Origin: Candidatus Nanoarchaeia archaeon
GTDB taxonomy: Archaea; Nanobdellota; Nanobdellia; Woesearchaeales; DATDTY01
DNA length: 34,510 bases
Reading direction: 5' to 3'
NCBI GenBank assembly: GCA_035290625.1
Contig: DATDTY010000001.1
Coordinates: 1-34,510 of the forward strand
The notes beneath the pieces are model-generated. The model worked only from the letters and a program-made list of their open reading frames with translations, did no database searches and was not told the origin of the DNA. Below, piece by piece: positions 1 to 10,646 of the stretch. Every line of letters starts with the position of its first letter. The stretch's first letter is position 1. The position numbers were made by a program, and so were the translations under genes.

Positions 1-16
1 TCTCCCTGCTTTTCAT
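1..16 (-). CDS. 5' end of a gene running off the left edge (MKSRE...)
   Basis: Minus-strand ATG at 16-14, preceded by GAGGTGA (29-23) overlapping the stop of the upstream gene. Confidence 0.5.
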
Positions 17-27
17 ATGCTTTCACC

Positions 28-2097
28 TCATGGATTTCCATTCTGCGTTAACATTCCTTTTAGGAATACATGGCCTGATTCATTCACAACAATCTGCCAT
101 TCTCCATCCTTTCTTATTCTGAAATCAGTATCATCCAAAGAAGAGGATATTGTGGATTGGTTTTCAGAGAGAGTTCCGTCAATATACACATTGCCGTCAT
201 TCTCTATGATTAAAACATCTTCACCGTTGTTTCTTATTACGAAGGCAAAATCAGCGCTTCTTGCATGAGCGGAGTTCTGCTCTAAGGCTCCCTTAATCAC
301 AGCGTTTCCTGAGTCGCCAAACCAGGCGATGCTGCTGCCTGAAGTATTCTTGATTGTGAATTTGTTTACATCAGTCACATTGCCAATGTTGAAAACGTCT
401 GAAATCGAGTCTGAAACAGAGTCAGCAGAGGCGTTAACAGTTACTGTATAGATTCCTGGTGAGCTGTAGTTGTGCTCTGCGAAGATAAAGATGTCTTCAT
501 TTGCGGAAAGATCGAAGTTATAATTGTTTTTGGTTATGTTTCCGTCACCGAAATTCATGTACCACGTTATATTGTTTATACCTATTGTGCCATTATTCAA
601 GATTACTGCTTCAAAAGTAGCCAGGGAGGCAGTGGAAGAGAGCAATTGTAGCGTAGTCATTGAAAGAGCACGTTGACCGGTTAGTATATTGTTTGTTTCG
701 TCGCTCTCATCGACATAGTTTCCAAGGTCAACTATTGCAGTGTATATTGTATCGCTGGCACTATTGCTTATAGAAAAGTTATAGACTACTGATTCGCTTA
801 TATTCAGATAGGATTGGGTTCTGTTATTCGCATAGGTATTATTATCAAATACGTCTGTAAAAACGCCAAATGCAGGCGCTTCTCCGATATTTGAGACAGT
901 AAGCATAAGGTCCGTTACATTTGCAGAAGAGGTGAATACTGTATCCATACTTATTGTTAAGTCCGGCAATGGCGGTCGTTCATAATCTGTATAATACGAG
1001 GCGTTCTGGTCTGTATGAGGCTGGAAGATGTAATCAACCAACCATCCTGAGCTGTTCAACAATTCAATAGAATTAATCATGTAAGGGCCGTTTGCATAGC
1101 TGGAGTAGAACTCTGTTCCGTTAACATTAATCTGAACAAGCTGCGTTCCTGTGGTGTAAGCATCTGTCGTTGAGAAGTTTGCAATGTAGGTATCAAAGAG
1201 ATCATATATCTCCCCTTTAACCTCATACGTTGCATATGCTTTAATCTCCAAAGTTACATTAACCTGATAGAACTCTGAAAGATTATTCTGATTTGTGTCA
1301 ATCTTTCCTGTGCTGAAATTCTTCATGTAAGAAGTTTTTGCAAAATCTTCATAGTTGTAAACTGAGGTTGAATGGTTAGTATCCGTGGTTTTGTCTCCTA
1401 TTGTTACCACATCAACAGTAAGATTATTGTTATAATGCGTTGATTTAATTGTTTCATCGTCAAAATCAATGGAAACTGTTTGAAAGCCTGCTGTCAGTGT
1501 TTCCTGCTCTGAAGCCGAGATATATGAGTGGTTATACTGCAGAAATACAGTTACATTTGTCGTTTGGCTTTCAGTTACGTTTAAGGTTAGGTTTATTCGG
1601 ATAAAATCGTTATTTATATTTTCATCTGTAATTGCGGTTATATTGACTCCTCGTTCATAATTGCTATAGGATGACGTTTCAACATTGTCTTTCCTATAGA
1701 CAAGCAGGCTATTGTTGTCATAGATTCTCACCGTATAATTGTGCTGATCCTGGTTGAATAACTTTGAGTCAAAGGTGATGCTCATGCTGCCTGTACCTAA
1801 ACCTAAGGATTTACTGTCATTGTTTGTTATAACGCCATAGCTTTCTCCCAAATCTACAAAAACATTATAGTTGTTGCTTACGGTCATATTGAAGTTCAGA
1901 GTGATGTTTAGGATGTCGTTCTGCCCATTGCTGTTCGAGTCGAACATTGAATCTGAGAAGCTTGTAGCATTGATGTCTCCTCTGAAATAGTCGAAGTTGG
2001 TTTGGTCGATGAGTTCGTCGATGGTGAGGGCGGAGACCGAGGTTAGACTTATTATTACTAAAAACAAGGTTGGAATCCATTTGAAGGTTTGGTTCAT
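28..2097 (-). CDS. Secreted/surface protein, Asn/Thr-rich, with CARDB-like and PKD-like domains (689 aa)
   Basis: Signal peptide ending SVSA; CARDB-like LPDLTI...VSNIGE...VDESDETNN; PKD-like WYMNFGDG...HNYSSPGIYTVTVNA; many N-x-S/T sequons. Confidence 0.85.
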   Translation of the reverse strand: MNQTFKWIPTLFLVIISLTSVSALTIDELIDQTNFDYFRGDINATSFSDSMFDSNSNGQNDILNITLNFNMTVSNNYNVFVDLGESYGVITNNDSKSLGLGTGSMSITFDSKLFNQDQHNYTVRIYDNNSLLVYRKDNVETSSYSNYERGVNITAITDENINNDFIRINLTLNVTESQTTNVTVFLQYNHSYISASEQETLTAGFQTVSIDFDDETIKSTHYNNNLTVDVVTIGDKTTDTNHSTSVYNYEDFAKTSYMKNFSTGKIDTNQNNLSEFYQVNVTLEIKAYATYEVKGEIYDLFDTYIANFSTTDAYTTGTQLVQINVNGTEFYSSYANGPYMINSIELLNSSGWLVDYIFQPHTDQNASYYTDYERPPLPDLTISMDTVFTSSANVTDLMLTVSNIGEAPAFGVFTDVFDNNTYANNRTQSYLNISESVVYNFSISNSASDTIYTAIVDLGNYVDESDETNNILTGQRALSMTTLQLLSSTASLATFEAVILNNGTIGINNITWYMNFGDGNITKNNYNFDLSANEDIFIFAEHNYSSPGIYTVTVNASADSVSDSISDVFNIGNVTDVNKFTIKNTSGSSIAWFGDSGNAVIKGALEQNSAHARSADFAFVIRNNGEDVLIIENDGNVYIDGTLSENQSTISSSLDDTDFRIRKDGEWQIVVNESGHVFLKGMLTQNGNP

Positions 2098-2173
2098 ATT
2101 TCTAGCCGCCTAGCTGGAACATGATCCTTGTTCTGTTCCGGTATCGGTTGATTTTTGTGTTTCCAGCAACATT

Positions 2174-2798
2174 TTAACCAGGCACCCAAGGAGTTGTAAA
2201 TATGATTATAATCCAATAAAGTATAATCAGTATCCTACTCACTACAAAGAAGGACAATGAAGTTATAACTAAACTTAGTAGCGTAGAGATAATACAAACA
2301 CTTATCTTTAATCTTTGTATTTTTGATAAGTTTGTTATTTGGAAGACAGCAATAGAGATTATAAAAATCATAATGATAAGGAGGGTATATCTTGAATTTA
2401 CCTCTTGTGCTATGGAATTATTAGTAATAAAATCGCTAGATGGTAAAAGAGATAAACTAACTTGATAAATAGATATTATAAAAATTGTGAGGAAGCCTCC
2501 TGCTAAGAAAATTGATGGGAATATGAAACTTCGAAGAATCTTTTTACTTAGATTTAGGTTTTTTCTTGTTAACTTAATTAAAAAAAACGTTGTTAACCTA
2601 ATATGATTTTTAATAAAAGCTAAAGAAATAAAGAAATAAAGAAATAAAGAAATAAAGAGTTCCGTCTCTCAGTGCCAGAAAATCATCGTGGAGTAGGATG
2701 GATATTATGGTAATATATGAAATTGCGATTGAGATGCAGAATGCAATAAATTTTTCGGTTAAAGTGAATTTATGTAGGTAGCCCTTTTTTTTCTCCAT
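2174..2798 (-). pseudogene. Multi-pass membrane protein gene split by a frameshift at an 8-bp tandem repeat
   Basis: The MEKKKGY frame stops at 2610; a second frame is open from the repeat to 2174 (SLAFIKNHIRL...TTPWVPG); removing 2 units or adding 1 gives one ORF of about 202-210 aa. Confidence 0.75.
2621..2658. repeat. Tandem repeat (TAAAGAAA)x4.75
   Basis: Four exact units plus TAAAGA read directly. Confidence 0.95.
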
Positions 2799-2808
2799 TG
2801 GTTTCCTC

Positions 2809-5800
2809 CTACCGTTCACAATCTTGCTGAGTTGAGATAACATAATCGTTAATATACTTCTGAGTAATTAATTGATTATTTGCTAAAAATTCTTTAATTA
2901 CTTTCTGAACTACTGGGCTTTCACCTAAGCTTAATTTAAACGGCCCCATATGCAATTTATTCTCAAAACTCAAATAATTCTTGTTACTCGAAACAACATT
3001 CTGGCAGATTTCTTTTTGATCGCTTGTTGTAACTACTAGATCAGTATCTTCAGCGTTGGCCGCGGGGGGTATTAGAAGCAATCCTACTCCCGCATTTGTT
3101 ACCTTCCCTTCAATAATGGCAAAATTATTAATCTGGACATTTTCTCCTATTTTAGGCCCAACACCATCATTAGCCCATTCATAAAATGAATCGTAAATGC
3201 TCTTTGACATACGATTGTCCCCAAAAGGGATGATATACGCAAGAACATTGATTAGGATATTCTCTTTAATATCGTGAGACAGCAGTATAGGCTTTCTCGA
3301 GAGAACACTTCTTTTTAATTGATCTGTTGTTATATGCTGGAGGTTCTGCCAATTGTATGAATTGTTGATTGATTCCCACGTCGCATTAAATGCATCTAAG
3401 AATATCGTAAGTTTGCTAAAATTCCCAGGGCAAGCAACCGCAACAAACGTGTCCATTGGATTAGCAGCCAGATTAATACTCGTTCCTTCTAATAATGTTG
3501 CAGCGTTTGGCTTTCCTGCTGCGTTATAACTCTCTAAAGATTCCAGTGCTGCCGAACAACCTAAAGAGTATCCTACATAAGAAGCATTTGCAGAGCCAGA
3601 ATAGTATTGCACTCCAGCGATTAAAGCCGGCCAGTAATTGTCTTTCAAATCTGTGAATGTATAATTTGGACAATTATCCCCGCAGTTTTCATCCTGATTT
3701 GGACCGCCAACCATTTCAATAAGCCAGACATCTTTCCTGTCCTTTTCAGCCAAATCTCTGCCAAATGAATCTTCCCAAGTGAAGAGATTGCTGTGAATAC
3801 CTCTTGATAAAATAACTGGATTTTTCCCGGAAGCATTCTTCAAAGCATCTGTATATACAGGACCGATATGCTTTAGTCTCAATGCAGTATTTTGTCCTGG
3901 TTCTTTAACGTAATAAAGCTCCTCTTCAAATAATTCATTATTGAAAATATATTCAACAAAATTTGGAAAATCGGTTCCGTCGTAGGGATAGTCGGCGTTG
4001 TTGGTATTCCGCAAATAATCCCAAATAGAATATGCCTCTACATCATATTTTTCTAAATATGTTTCTTTACTCTTCGCTAGGTTCTTAAAGAATTTGTCCT
4101 TCTCATCAATTAAACGCTTCACACCTGAGATCGTCCCTTCTAACTCATTACCATAGATGAAGATCCTTGTTTTCTTATCAAGGGGGTCGTAGAATGAACC
4201 AACTATGGCATTGTAAGGCTCTTTTCCCAGAACGCCATTATAACTTACTTTTTTCTGTCTTTTATCATACCACCATCTCAAGGACATTAATGTATAATCA
4301 TTGTGCTCGTTTACAAAACTATTCTTTACAGGGTCTCCCACTGCAATTGTGAAGTTAGTATCAGTTTCGGAAACAGAATCAATATGCTTTTTTAGAAAAG
4401 TTTCTATCTTAGTGTCTACTAAAGGGTAGCCGGTAGAGATGTTTAGATACGCCCTAATCTTAGTAGCAGATACTTCTGGATAGTTGTTTGTTTCATCTGT
4501 TTCGGTAACAAGATTGGTTGAATCAACCATTATCCGCATATCATCAAAATTTACAGTCATAACTGCTGACACTACTGCACTTGAATCGGATGGGACAAAG
4601 CTGAGTGTTTTTGAAGTTCTCTGGATATCTATGCCATTTACTAAACCATAAAAGGTTATTACTACATTACTCCTATTAACGTTTAAGGCATGAACAGTTA
4701 CAGTAAAATTAGTTTGAGAACCTTGTTTTAAGACTTGGATATCTTCTTCATTGATATAAAGATCACTTCCTGAAACGCAAGGATTGGGGATGGTTCCGTT
4801 TTGAGCTGCAACCCATTGCTCGTCTAATCCTGAATTGCAGACAGTTCCCGCAGGGCAGGTGAACGTCGTATTATAATTCTCCGTACTTGGAGCAGTAGGA
4901 TATGTGCTATCATACCTGCCCCGGAGGTAGTAAGTAGATGCTGTCTGGCATACTGCCCATTTTCTGTCATAGATTGTGTAGTAGTCCTCTTGACGTCCAG
5001 AATCTGATCTCCTCCCTTCACTATTATCGCAGTCCACATATAAATATAGTGCCACTGCGCTATCTTTTGGGGCCGAAGTATCTATAGAATGGTTCTGCTC
5101 CGTTCCCTGCAAGCAAGGTCCTTGTCCTAACGCGCAATAATTGTAAAATGTTTTTCCAAAAGGATACGATTGGGCTAAAGTCTGGCTATATGCTTCACAC
5201 TGGCTTTTAGCAGTACTATCTTTATAATAACATTCTTCAAAGATATTATCATCATCGTAATCGTAGCACTCTCCTTCTAGATAAGGAGGATATGGGTCTA
5301 TGTATACCGTAGTCAAGTTTCCATTTACCCAAACATTTCCATCATCAGAGGTGGAATCTTTGGTGAAGTCATCATAAAGTCGTAAAGTCCAAAGCAACAG
5401 AACAGTTCCATCTTCCTTAACTTGTAATTTAATCTCAATTACTTCTTCACCTAAATATTTCTTCACCAGATAATATCCTTCAGTAAAAATAACATCATCA
5501 ATCGTTCCAGTCCCGTTCAGCCAGAAGACAATCTCTTCTTCAGGAGTGTTGTAATTCCAGATGTTGAAGATCTCGTAGAAATAACTTTCCTGAGTTGTAT
5601 TATACTCTTGGCTCTCAAGATTCGCCTGAACCAATCCAAATCCGTATTCATCATCCTTTCCAGAGAAGCCTAAATCAAGAGCGTCATTCTGCAATTTTCC
5701 TCTTATCTGAACATTCGTCAGGCTTGTATTATGCGCTTTTATCAAAGCTGCAACACCAGCAACATGCGGAGCAGACATTGAGGTTCCGGAATAGCTATCA

Positions 5801-6822
5801 TATCCATTGCCTAATGCCGTTGATTGAATATCAACTCCCGGAGCAACAAGCTCAAGCTCAGGCCCATACGAACTGAAAGAAGCTTTTTGGTTAGAAGAAT
5901 CAACTGCTCCAACTGCTATGACCTCAGTATATGCGGCAGGGTATACAACTGCCCCTCCATTGTTTCCTGAAGATCCTATCGAGATGATTCCATTGTTGTA
6001 GGCTTCTTCCACAGCTTCTTTGAATATCTGAGAATAGTCATTAAAGCCAAAACTCATGGAAACAATGTCCACATCATTGTCAATTGCCCATTGCAAACCA
6101 GCAATCGCATCAGATAAATCTCCAAGAGAGGTATTCATGATCTTTACTGCGTATATTGAAGCTTCAGGTGCCGCTCCTACAATCCCTTCTTCATTTAACA
6201 AAGCCGAAATAACTCCTGCAACAGAAGTTCCATGCCCAAAAGTATCTGCATAATCCTGCGAAACAACAGCATAGCCTCCTGCAATTTGGAGATCGGTATG
6301 CTGTGCAATTCCTGAATCCAGAACCGCTATCTTTACACCATCTCCTTTTGAACTGTTCCATACAGAAGGAGCCTGAACAGCAGTAATGCCATAGGGAATA
6401 GAATCTTCCAATAAAGAAACCTCCTGATCTAACTCAACATACTCTACATCAGAATCATTTAATAGCTCAACAATATTGTCATAATCTGTCTGAATTCTGG
6501 CTGCCTTGAATGCTGCATATTCTTTGCCGACATTAACTTTATTCAGTTTATTTGTCTTTATTTCATTCTTAAACTTGACAATGTATAGCTTCTCTTCGCT
6601 CCTATTGATGGCAGTTTCTAAGTATTCTTCTGTCTTTGTGTTAAGCTTATTCTTGTTAAACTGAACGATATCGTCTGGCTGAACTTCTCCTTTCAGAGGA
6701 ACAAACCCTTCATCCGTACGGACTCCGAAAATAGGTGGGCTGTTGCTGAGAACGCTTAGTGAGCCTAAGATGAAGATTACGGCAAATATCAGACCTAAAC
6801 TAAGTCCACCTATCTTTACCAC
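2809..6822 (-). CDS. Large secreted S8 subtilase with CARDB-like domain and C-terminal alpha/beta-hydrolase domain (1337 aa)
   Basis: Triad motifs AVLDSG, HGTSVAG, GTSMSAPHVAG; I9-like prodomain (YIVKFK...VEYVELD); Cys-rich middle; VTETDETNN; VILSRGIHS and VGYSLG nucleophile elbow. Confidence 0.9.
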   Translation of the reverse strand: MVKIGGLSLGLIFAVIFILGSLSVLSNSPPIFGVRTDEGFVPLKGEVQPDDIVQFNKNKLNTKTEEYLETAINRSEEKLYIVKFKNEIKTNKLNKVNVGKEYAAFKAARIQTDYDNIVELLNDSDVEYVELDQEVSLLEDSIPYGITAVQAPSVWNSSKGDGVKIAVLDSGIAQHTDLQIAGGYAVVSQDYADTFGHGTSVAGVISALLNEEGIVGAAPEASIYAVKIMNTSLGDLSDAIAGLQWAIDNDVDIVSMSFGFNDYSQIFKEAVEEAYNNGIISIGSSGNNGGAVVYPAAYTEVIAVGAVDSSNQKASFSSYGPELELVAPGVDIQSTALGNGYDSYSGTSMSAPHVAGVAALIKAHNTSLTNVQIRGKLQNDALDLGFSGKDDEYGFGLVQANLESQEYNTTQESYFYEIFNIWNYNTPEEEIVFWLNGTGTIDDVIFTEGYYLVKKYLGEEVIEIKLQVKEDGTVLLLWTLRLYDDFTKDSTSDDGNVWVNGNLTTVYIDPYPPYLEGECYDYDDDNIFEECYYKDSTAKSQCEAYSQTLAQSYPFGKTFYNYCALGQGPCLQGTEQNHSIDTSAPKDSAVALYLYVDCDNSEGRRSDSGRQEDYYTIYDRKWAVCQTASTYYLRGRYDSTYPTAPSTENYNTTFTCPAGTVCNSGLDEQWVAAQNGTIPNPCVSGSDLYINEEDIQVLKQGSQTNFTVTVHALNVNRSNVVITFYGLVNGIDIQRTSKTLSFVPSDSSAVVSAVMTVNFDDMRIMVDSTNLVTETDETNNYPEVSATKIRAYLNISTGYPLVDTKIETFLKKHIDSVSETDTNFTIAVGDPVKNSFVNEHNDYTLMSLRWWYDKRQKKVSYNGVLGKEPYNAIVGSFYDPLDKKTRIFIYGNELEGTISGVKRLIDEKDKFFKNLAKSKETYLEKYDVEAYSIWDYLRNTNNADYPYDGTDFPNFVEYIFNNELFEEELYYVKEPGQNTALRLKHIGPVYTDALKNASGKNPVILSRGIHSNLFTWEDSFGRDLAEKDRKDVWLIEMVGGPNQDENCGDNCPNYTFTDLKDNYWPALIAGVQYYSGSANASYVGYSLGCSAALESLESYNAAGKPNAATLLEGTSINLAANPMDTFVAVACPGNFSKLTIFLDAFNATWESINNSYNWQNLQHITTDQLKRSVLSRKPILLSHDIKENILINVLAYIIPFGDNRMSKSIYDSFYEWANDGVGPKIGENVQINNFAIIEGKVTNAGVGLLLIPPAANAEDTDLVVTTSDQKEICQNVVSSNKNYLSFENKLHMGPFKLSLGESPVVQKVIKEFLANNQLITQKYINDYVISTQQDCER

Positions 6823-7193
6823 ACTCGCCTTTTTAATCGTATTCCCCCAAACTCGATTAACAACCTTTCTAATCCAAAAGCACGGTTCTATTTAAACGTT
6901 TATTACAACCTTTGAGGTGTAAACTGATATAATATCACGTAGAAAGCATTTAAAGTAAAAGAATGTGCTATTTTGACGAAACAAGTGACAGGGATAATAA
7001 AGGGGATAGGACTATCAACTCAAAAATCTCCGCGAAAACTATGTAAACAAGAACTCACATCTTAAAACAAAAACGCAAGAATCAGAGTGAGCATTAAACC
7101 CGAGTTCTAGCCCCCCGGCAGTAGCACTTGAAAATACAAAGAGTAGTTTCATTGGCAACCCGACTGAAAGGAGGTTTTGGATGGAGCCAGCAA

Positions 7194-9158
7194 TCAGCCC
7201 CGAAACCATCTCCCTGCTTTTAGGAAGAAGTGCTGCGCCTTTTCAAGAAGGCTGAGATTCGTAAGGCTCACAACTGCCTGGCCTGTTAAGAGGTATGTTT
7301 TTCCATTCCTGTCCTTATACGTAATGCGTATCCCGGGGCTATTCCTTCCCTGATTAAGGTCTGATCCTGCTAACTGCAGCACAAACCCCTGGGTGTGGTC
7401 AAGCTGTTCGAGCTTCCAAACCTGCTTCCCTCCTGCAAAATCAACTTCCACGTTCATAGCATAGCCAGGAGAACTCTCTGGAACAACCTCAAAGCGAAGC
7501 TCAAAGTTCTGTTTAAAGCTGACCTCCTCCGGTGCTGCAATATTCTGGATACTGAAAGAAGGGACTTCCTGGATATCAAGGTCAACATCTGCAACCTGGC
7601 TGACAGCCTTATTTGACGCAGTAACAGGAAACACGCCCTTTCCTGCTTTTTCTGACAGCACTGTGAGCTGCACGTTCTTCTGCTGGGTGATGCCAAGGTC
7701 AACCTGGTTGCAGGATGATTTGAAGCAGATGCGCACATCCTCCAGGAAAGCATTGCCTGTGTTCTTCACCTCGCATGCAAGTATCATCGTCTCATTGACG
7801 TAATATGCCTCTTTGTCTGCTTTGCATGCCAGGCTAAGGTCCGGTGTTGTCTCCCTATCCTTCTGGGCCTTAACCGGCTCAACATCAGCTAACGTAACTG
7901 CCGATCCTCTTGTGGAAGCAGTGAAATTGATTGTTATCGCTTTGGAATCAACAAGGCCGTTGATTGGGATAGTATAGGTATAGGAAGGATCAAGCTTTGC
8001 ATTGACCTGCACAATCTTCGTCGCATGCCGTGTCTCATAGGGAGCAAGAAGGAGATAGTCTCTTGCATCTCCAAGAATCGCAACCTCAGCTGGAGCAGCA
8101 AACGATACCACCGTGCTCAGATAATACCCCCTCCTGTTCGTAACAGCAACATCAATGAGGTTGTAGGATCCAGCATTTACATTTTCATATACTGCTGAGC
8201 CCTCAGCCAGAAATGGGTTTTCTGCAGCTCCGGAAACCGACTCAAGCGAAACCGGGAAGCTGAGAGGGCTGGTGTTAAGACCCACATTCTCTGACTTCCA
8301 TTCAAACTTTGTTGAAGGCTCATTGGAATCCAAAGACTCCTTGAGCTTGATATGGGAGAGGTCTACAAACCCAAACTGCCTGTAGCTGATATCATACTCC
8401 ATCCATCCATACCCTGGAACATAGACCTCAGCCCATGCATGGGGGCCCCAGTCGTTTTTTCCTCCGTAGTCTGTATAAGCCAGCCCTGAAACAAACCTGC
8501 TTGGGATATTCAGGCTGCGCAGCATCGCGATGAAGAGGGTTGTCAGCTCATCGCACACTCCTACCTTGTTCTGGAGCACCCACGAGGCATTCTGCGAAAT
8601 CTCTGCAGTCAATGTTGAGAGGTCATACTGGATATTCTGCTCAATCCATGAAGCTATCCTGTGCACAGCCTGGAGGTAATCATCCTCTCCCTCAACAAGC
8701 TTTGATGCCTGGAAGACGATCTCGGGGTTGTCAGAATTGATGTTAGGCGAGGGTCTCGTATAGATGAGATATTCAGGAAGAGTCTCCGCAGCAGGGAATC
8801 TGATTCTCTCTGAAATCCGCCTGAACTCATTTTGTGTGGTTACCTCAGATGTGATGCTGTACTCAAGCTTTCCTGGCTTTGGATTCATCCATCGGTACAC
8901 AAGCTCTGCCCCTTGCTCGGCCTTTGGAGTGGCATTAAACTGGGACACGCTCTGCCGGTAATCCTCCCGCGGAAAAAAGCTGAGGTTGACAACAGCATAC
9001 GAGATCCTGCTCGGCTCCTTCTCGCGGATAAGCACGATGGAAGAGCTGATATTCACACGCATCGTTGCCTGTTGCCCGTCAATAAACTGATTTGAAATGT
9101 CAGCAGCAACCGAAACTGCCAGCAGGAGAAGAAACAGGAACGCCATCGGGGCTTTCAT
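7194..9158 (-). CDS. Transglutaminase-like domain protein, exported (654 aa)
   Basis: GVCDE, HAWAEVY, WMEYD give a Cys-His-Asp triad; signal peptide; beta-rich C-terminal region. Confidence 0.88.
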   Translation of the reverse strand: MKAPMAFLFLLLLAVSVAADISNQFIDGQQATMRVNISSSIVLIREKEPSRISYAVVNLSFFPREDYRQSVSQFNATPKAEQGAELVYRWMNPKPGKLEYSITSEVTTQNEFRRISERIRFPAAETLPEYLIYTRPSPNINSDNPEIVFQASKLVEGEDDYLQAVHRIASWIEQNIQYDLSTLTAEISQNASWVLQNKVGVCDELTTLFIAMLRSLNIPSRFVSGLAYTDYGGKNDWGPHAWAEVYVPGYGWMEYDISYRQFGFVDLSHIKLKESLDSNEPSTKFEWKSENVGLNTSPLSFPVSLESVSGAAENPFLAEGSAVYENVNAGSYNLIDVAVTNRRGYYLSTVVSFAAPAEVAILGDARDYLLLAPYETRHATKIVQVNAKLDPSYTYTIPINGLVDSKAITINFTASTRGSAVTLADVEPVKAQKDRETTPDLSLACKADKEAYYVNETMILACEVKNTGNAFLEDVRICFKSSCNQVDLGITQQKNVQLTVLSEKAGKGVFPVTASNKAVSQVADVDLDIQEVPSFSIQNIAAPEEVSFKQNFELRFEVVPESSPGYAMNVEVDFAGGKQVWKLEQLDHTQGFVLQLAGSDLNQGRNSPGIRITYKDRNGKTYLLTGQAVVSLTNLSLLEKAQHFFLKAGRWFRG

Positions 9159-9197
9159 TTCGTGGATTTTGAGAAGGAAGGTATATAATTGTTTCTC

Positions 9198-9461
9198 TTA
9201 AAGGGGCTTCGGCGTAAAACGAAGAGCGTTCTGATTTAAACTATAGGGTGAGCAGGGATCTGTCATACTCCACATTGCAGCTTGTTCACGATGTAAAATC
9301 CTCGATTTGTTGCGGCTTTTTCTTACTATCTCCTCAAGCCATTGCTGCCTTGCCTGTTTATCTCTATCTTCAGCCTTATGTTCCTCTTCGGCCTGCTGCA
9401 CAGAATTCACATACTTCGGCAGCCAGGCAATCGGGTAATACATGATGGCATTATGTTGCAT
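9198..9461 (-). CDS. Hypothetical protein (87 aa)
   Basis: ORF fills the gap, co-oriented with its neighbours; no motif recognised. Confidence 0.45.
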   Translation of the reverse strand: MQHNAIMYYPIAWLPKYVNSVQQAEEEHKAEDRDKQARQQWLEEIVRKSRNKSRILHREQAAMWSMTDPCSPYSLNQNALRFTPKPL

Positions 9462-9537
9462 GTATATCTAATTGTTTCTATTCTCCTCTTCAGCAGCCTG
9501 TTTTCCATCACGAATTTGCAAATGAACGAGAATCAAT

Positions 9538-10107
9538 CTAATGCGAAAGATAATCCTGCATCGTAATCCTCTTTTGGTGTCTAAATACTGCGCCGACTTC
9601 CTTCAGTGGTAGGGTATGCGCCTCCTCCCATTCGTAAATACTCTTTGCATCTGCGGCATCAGGAATAACCAAGATCGGCCGGGTCAGGATAAACAATGTT
9701 TCCTCCGGATTGTCATAGTCATAGGTTTGGAACTGCGCCAGTAAAGAAAATGGATCCTCGCATCTCTCCATACTTTCAATCAAGCCCCAATCTGCCCTCA
9801 GGCTCCTGATCAGGCTGTCTGATGGCATTAATCCAATTGCAGATGCAACAGCTTCATACCTTCTTTTCCATGGTGATACGTAGTGGTCTTGAGCATTTCT
9901 GTTTTGAAATACTCCGCTTAAAGAAAGGTAATGATAACAGAGTGGTTCCTCAAGCAATTGCTGTCTATGCGGCAGACTCTGGTAAAACTCCGATTCTGGA
10001 ACTTCTGCGGAAACCAGGACGTCCAGGAATAAGTCAGGCTGAGGAGCCATAATCCCGGGATGCCTTCCAAGTTCATTGAATAATTTTTCAGCGACTTGCT
10101 TTTCCAT
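9538..10107 (-). CDS. Hypothetical protein (~189 aa)
   Basis: Long ORF; ATG at 10107 lies ~25-30 nt downstream of a TTATAA box. Confidence 0.65.
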   Translation of the reverse strand: MEKQVAEKLFNELGRHPGIMAPQPDLFLDVLVSAEVPESEFYQSLPHRQQLLEEPLCYHYLSLSGVFQNRNAQDHYVSPWKRRYEAVASAIGLMPSDSLIRSLRADWGLIESMERCEDPFSLLAQFQTYDYDNPEETLFILTRPILVIPDAADAKSIYEWEEAHTLPLKEVGAVFRHQKRITMQDYLSH

Positions 10108-10229
10108 AGGCAGGAGAAGGATACCCTTCTTTATAAGTTTTCGCAAATCTCAAAACTGCTTCAGCTGCATCTGCTTTTCAACAATCCTCCAAAGCAAATC
10201 TTAAATACCCATGATCTCTGAAGAGAGCT

Positions 10230-10646
10230 ATGGGAACAAGAGGCCAGGTCAGCATGGAGTATATGTTTGGGTTTGGGTTCATGCTTCTGCTGCTCCTTGT
10301 GCTCCTCGTCTTCATCTTTGACAGGAACCGGGAGCTTGGCGAGGCAAAGGTCTTCCTGGACAAGAAGTCTGAGTGCCTCAAGTTCTCAGCTCTCCTTAAC
10401 TCACTCACAACAGCAGGCGATGGCGCAGAAGCCCATACCTCGACTCCTTACTTTGTCACCATCTTTAACACCAGCTTGATCAATGTACGGGAGATTGCCA
10501 ACATCTCCAGCGAGAACCTCTCGGCAAAGCCTGGCTCTGACGTGACCTGCACCTTCACAGGAATCTCTCCTTACTATCAGTTTACAGGTCCTGTCACCCT
10601 TAGGAATGTTCAGGATCGGATCACAATCAGCAATGAAACAGCATAA
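10230..10646 (+). CDS. Type IV pilin-like protein (class III signal peptide)
   Basis: RG/QVSMEY followed by a hydrophobic stretch; first of four overlapping or closely spaced genes. Confidence 0.8.
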   Translation: MGTRGQVSMEYMFGFGFMLLLLLVLLVFIFDRNRELGEAKVFLDKKSECLKFSALLNSLTTAGDGAEAHTSTPYFVTIFNTSLINVREIANISSENLSAKPGSDVTCTFTGISPYYQFTGPVTLRNVQDRITISNETA

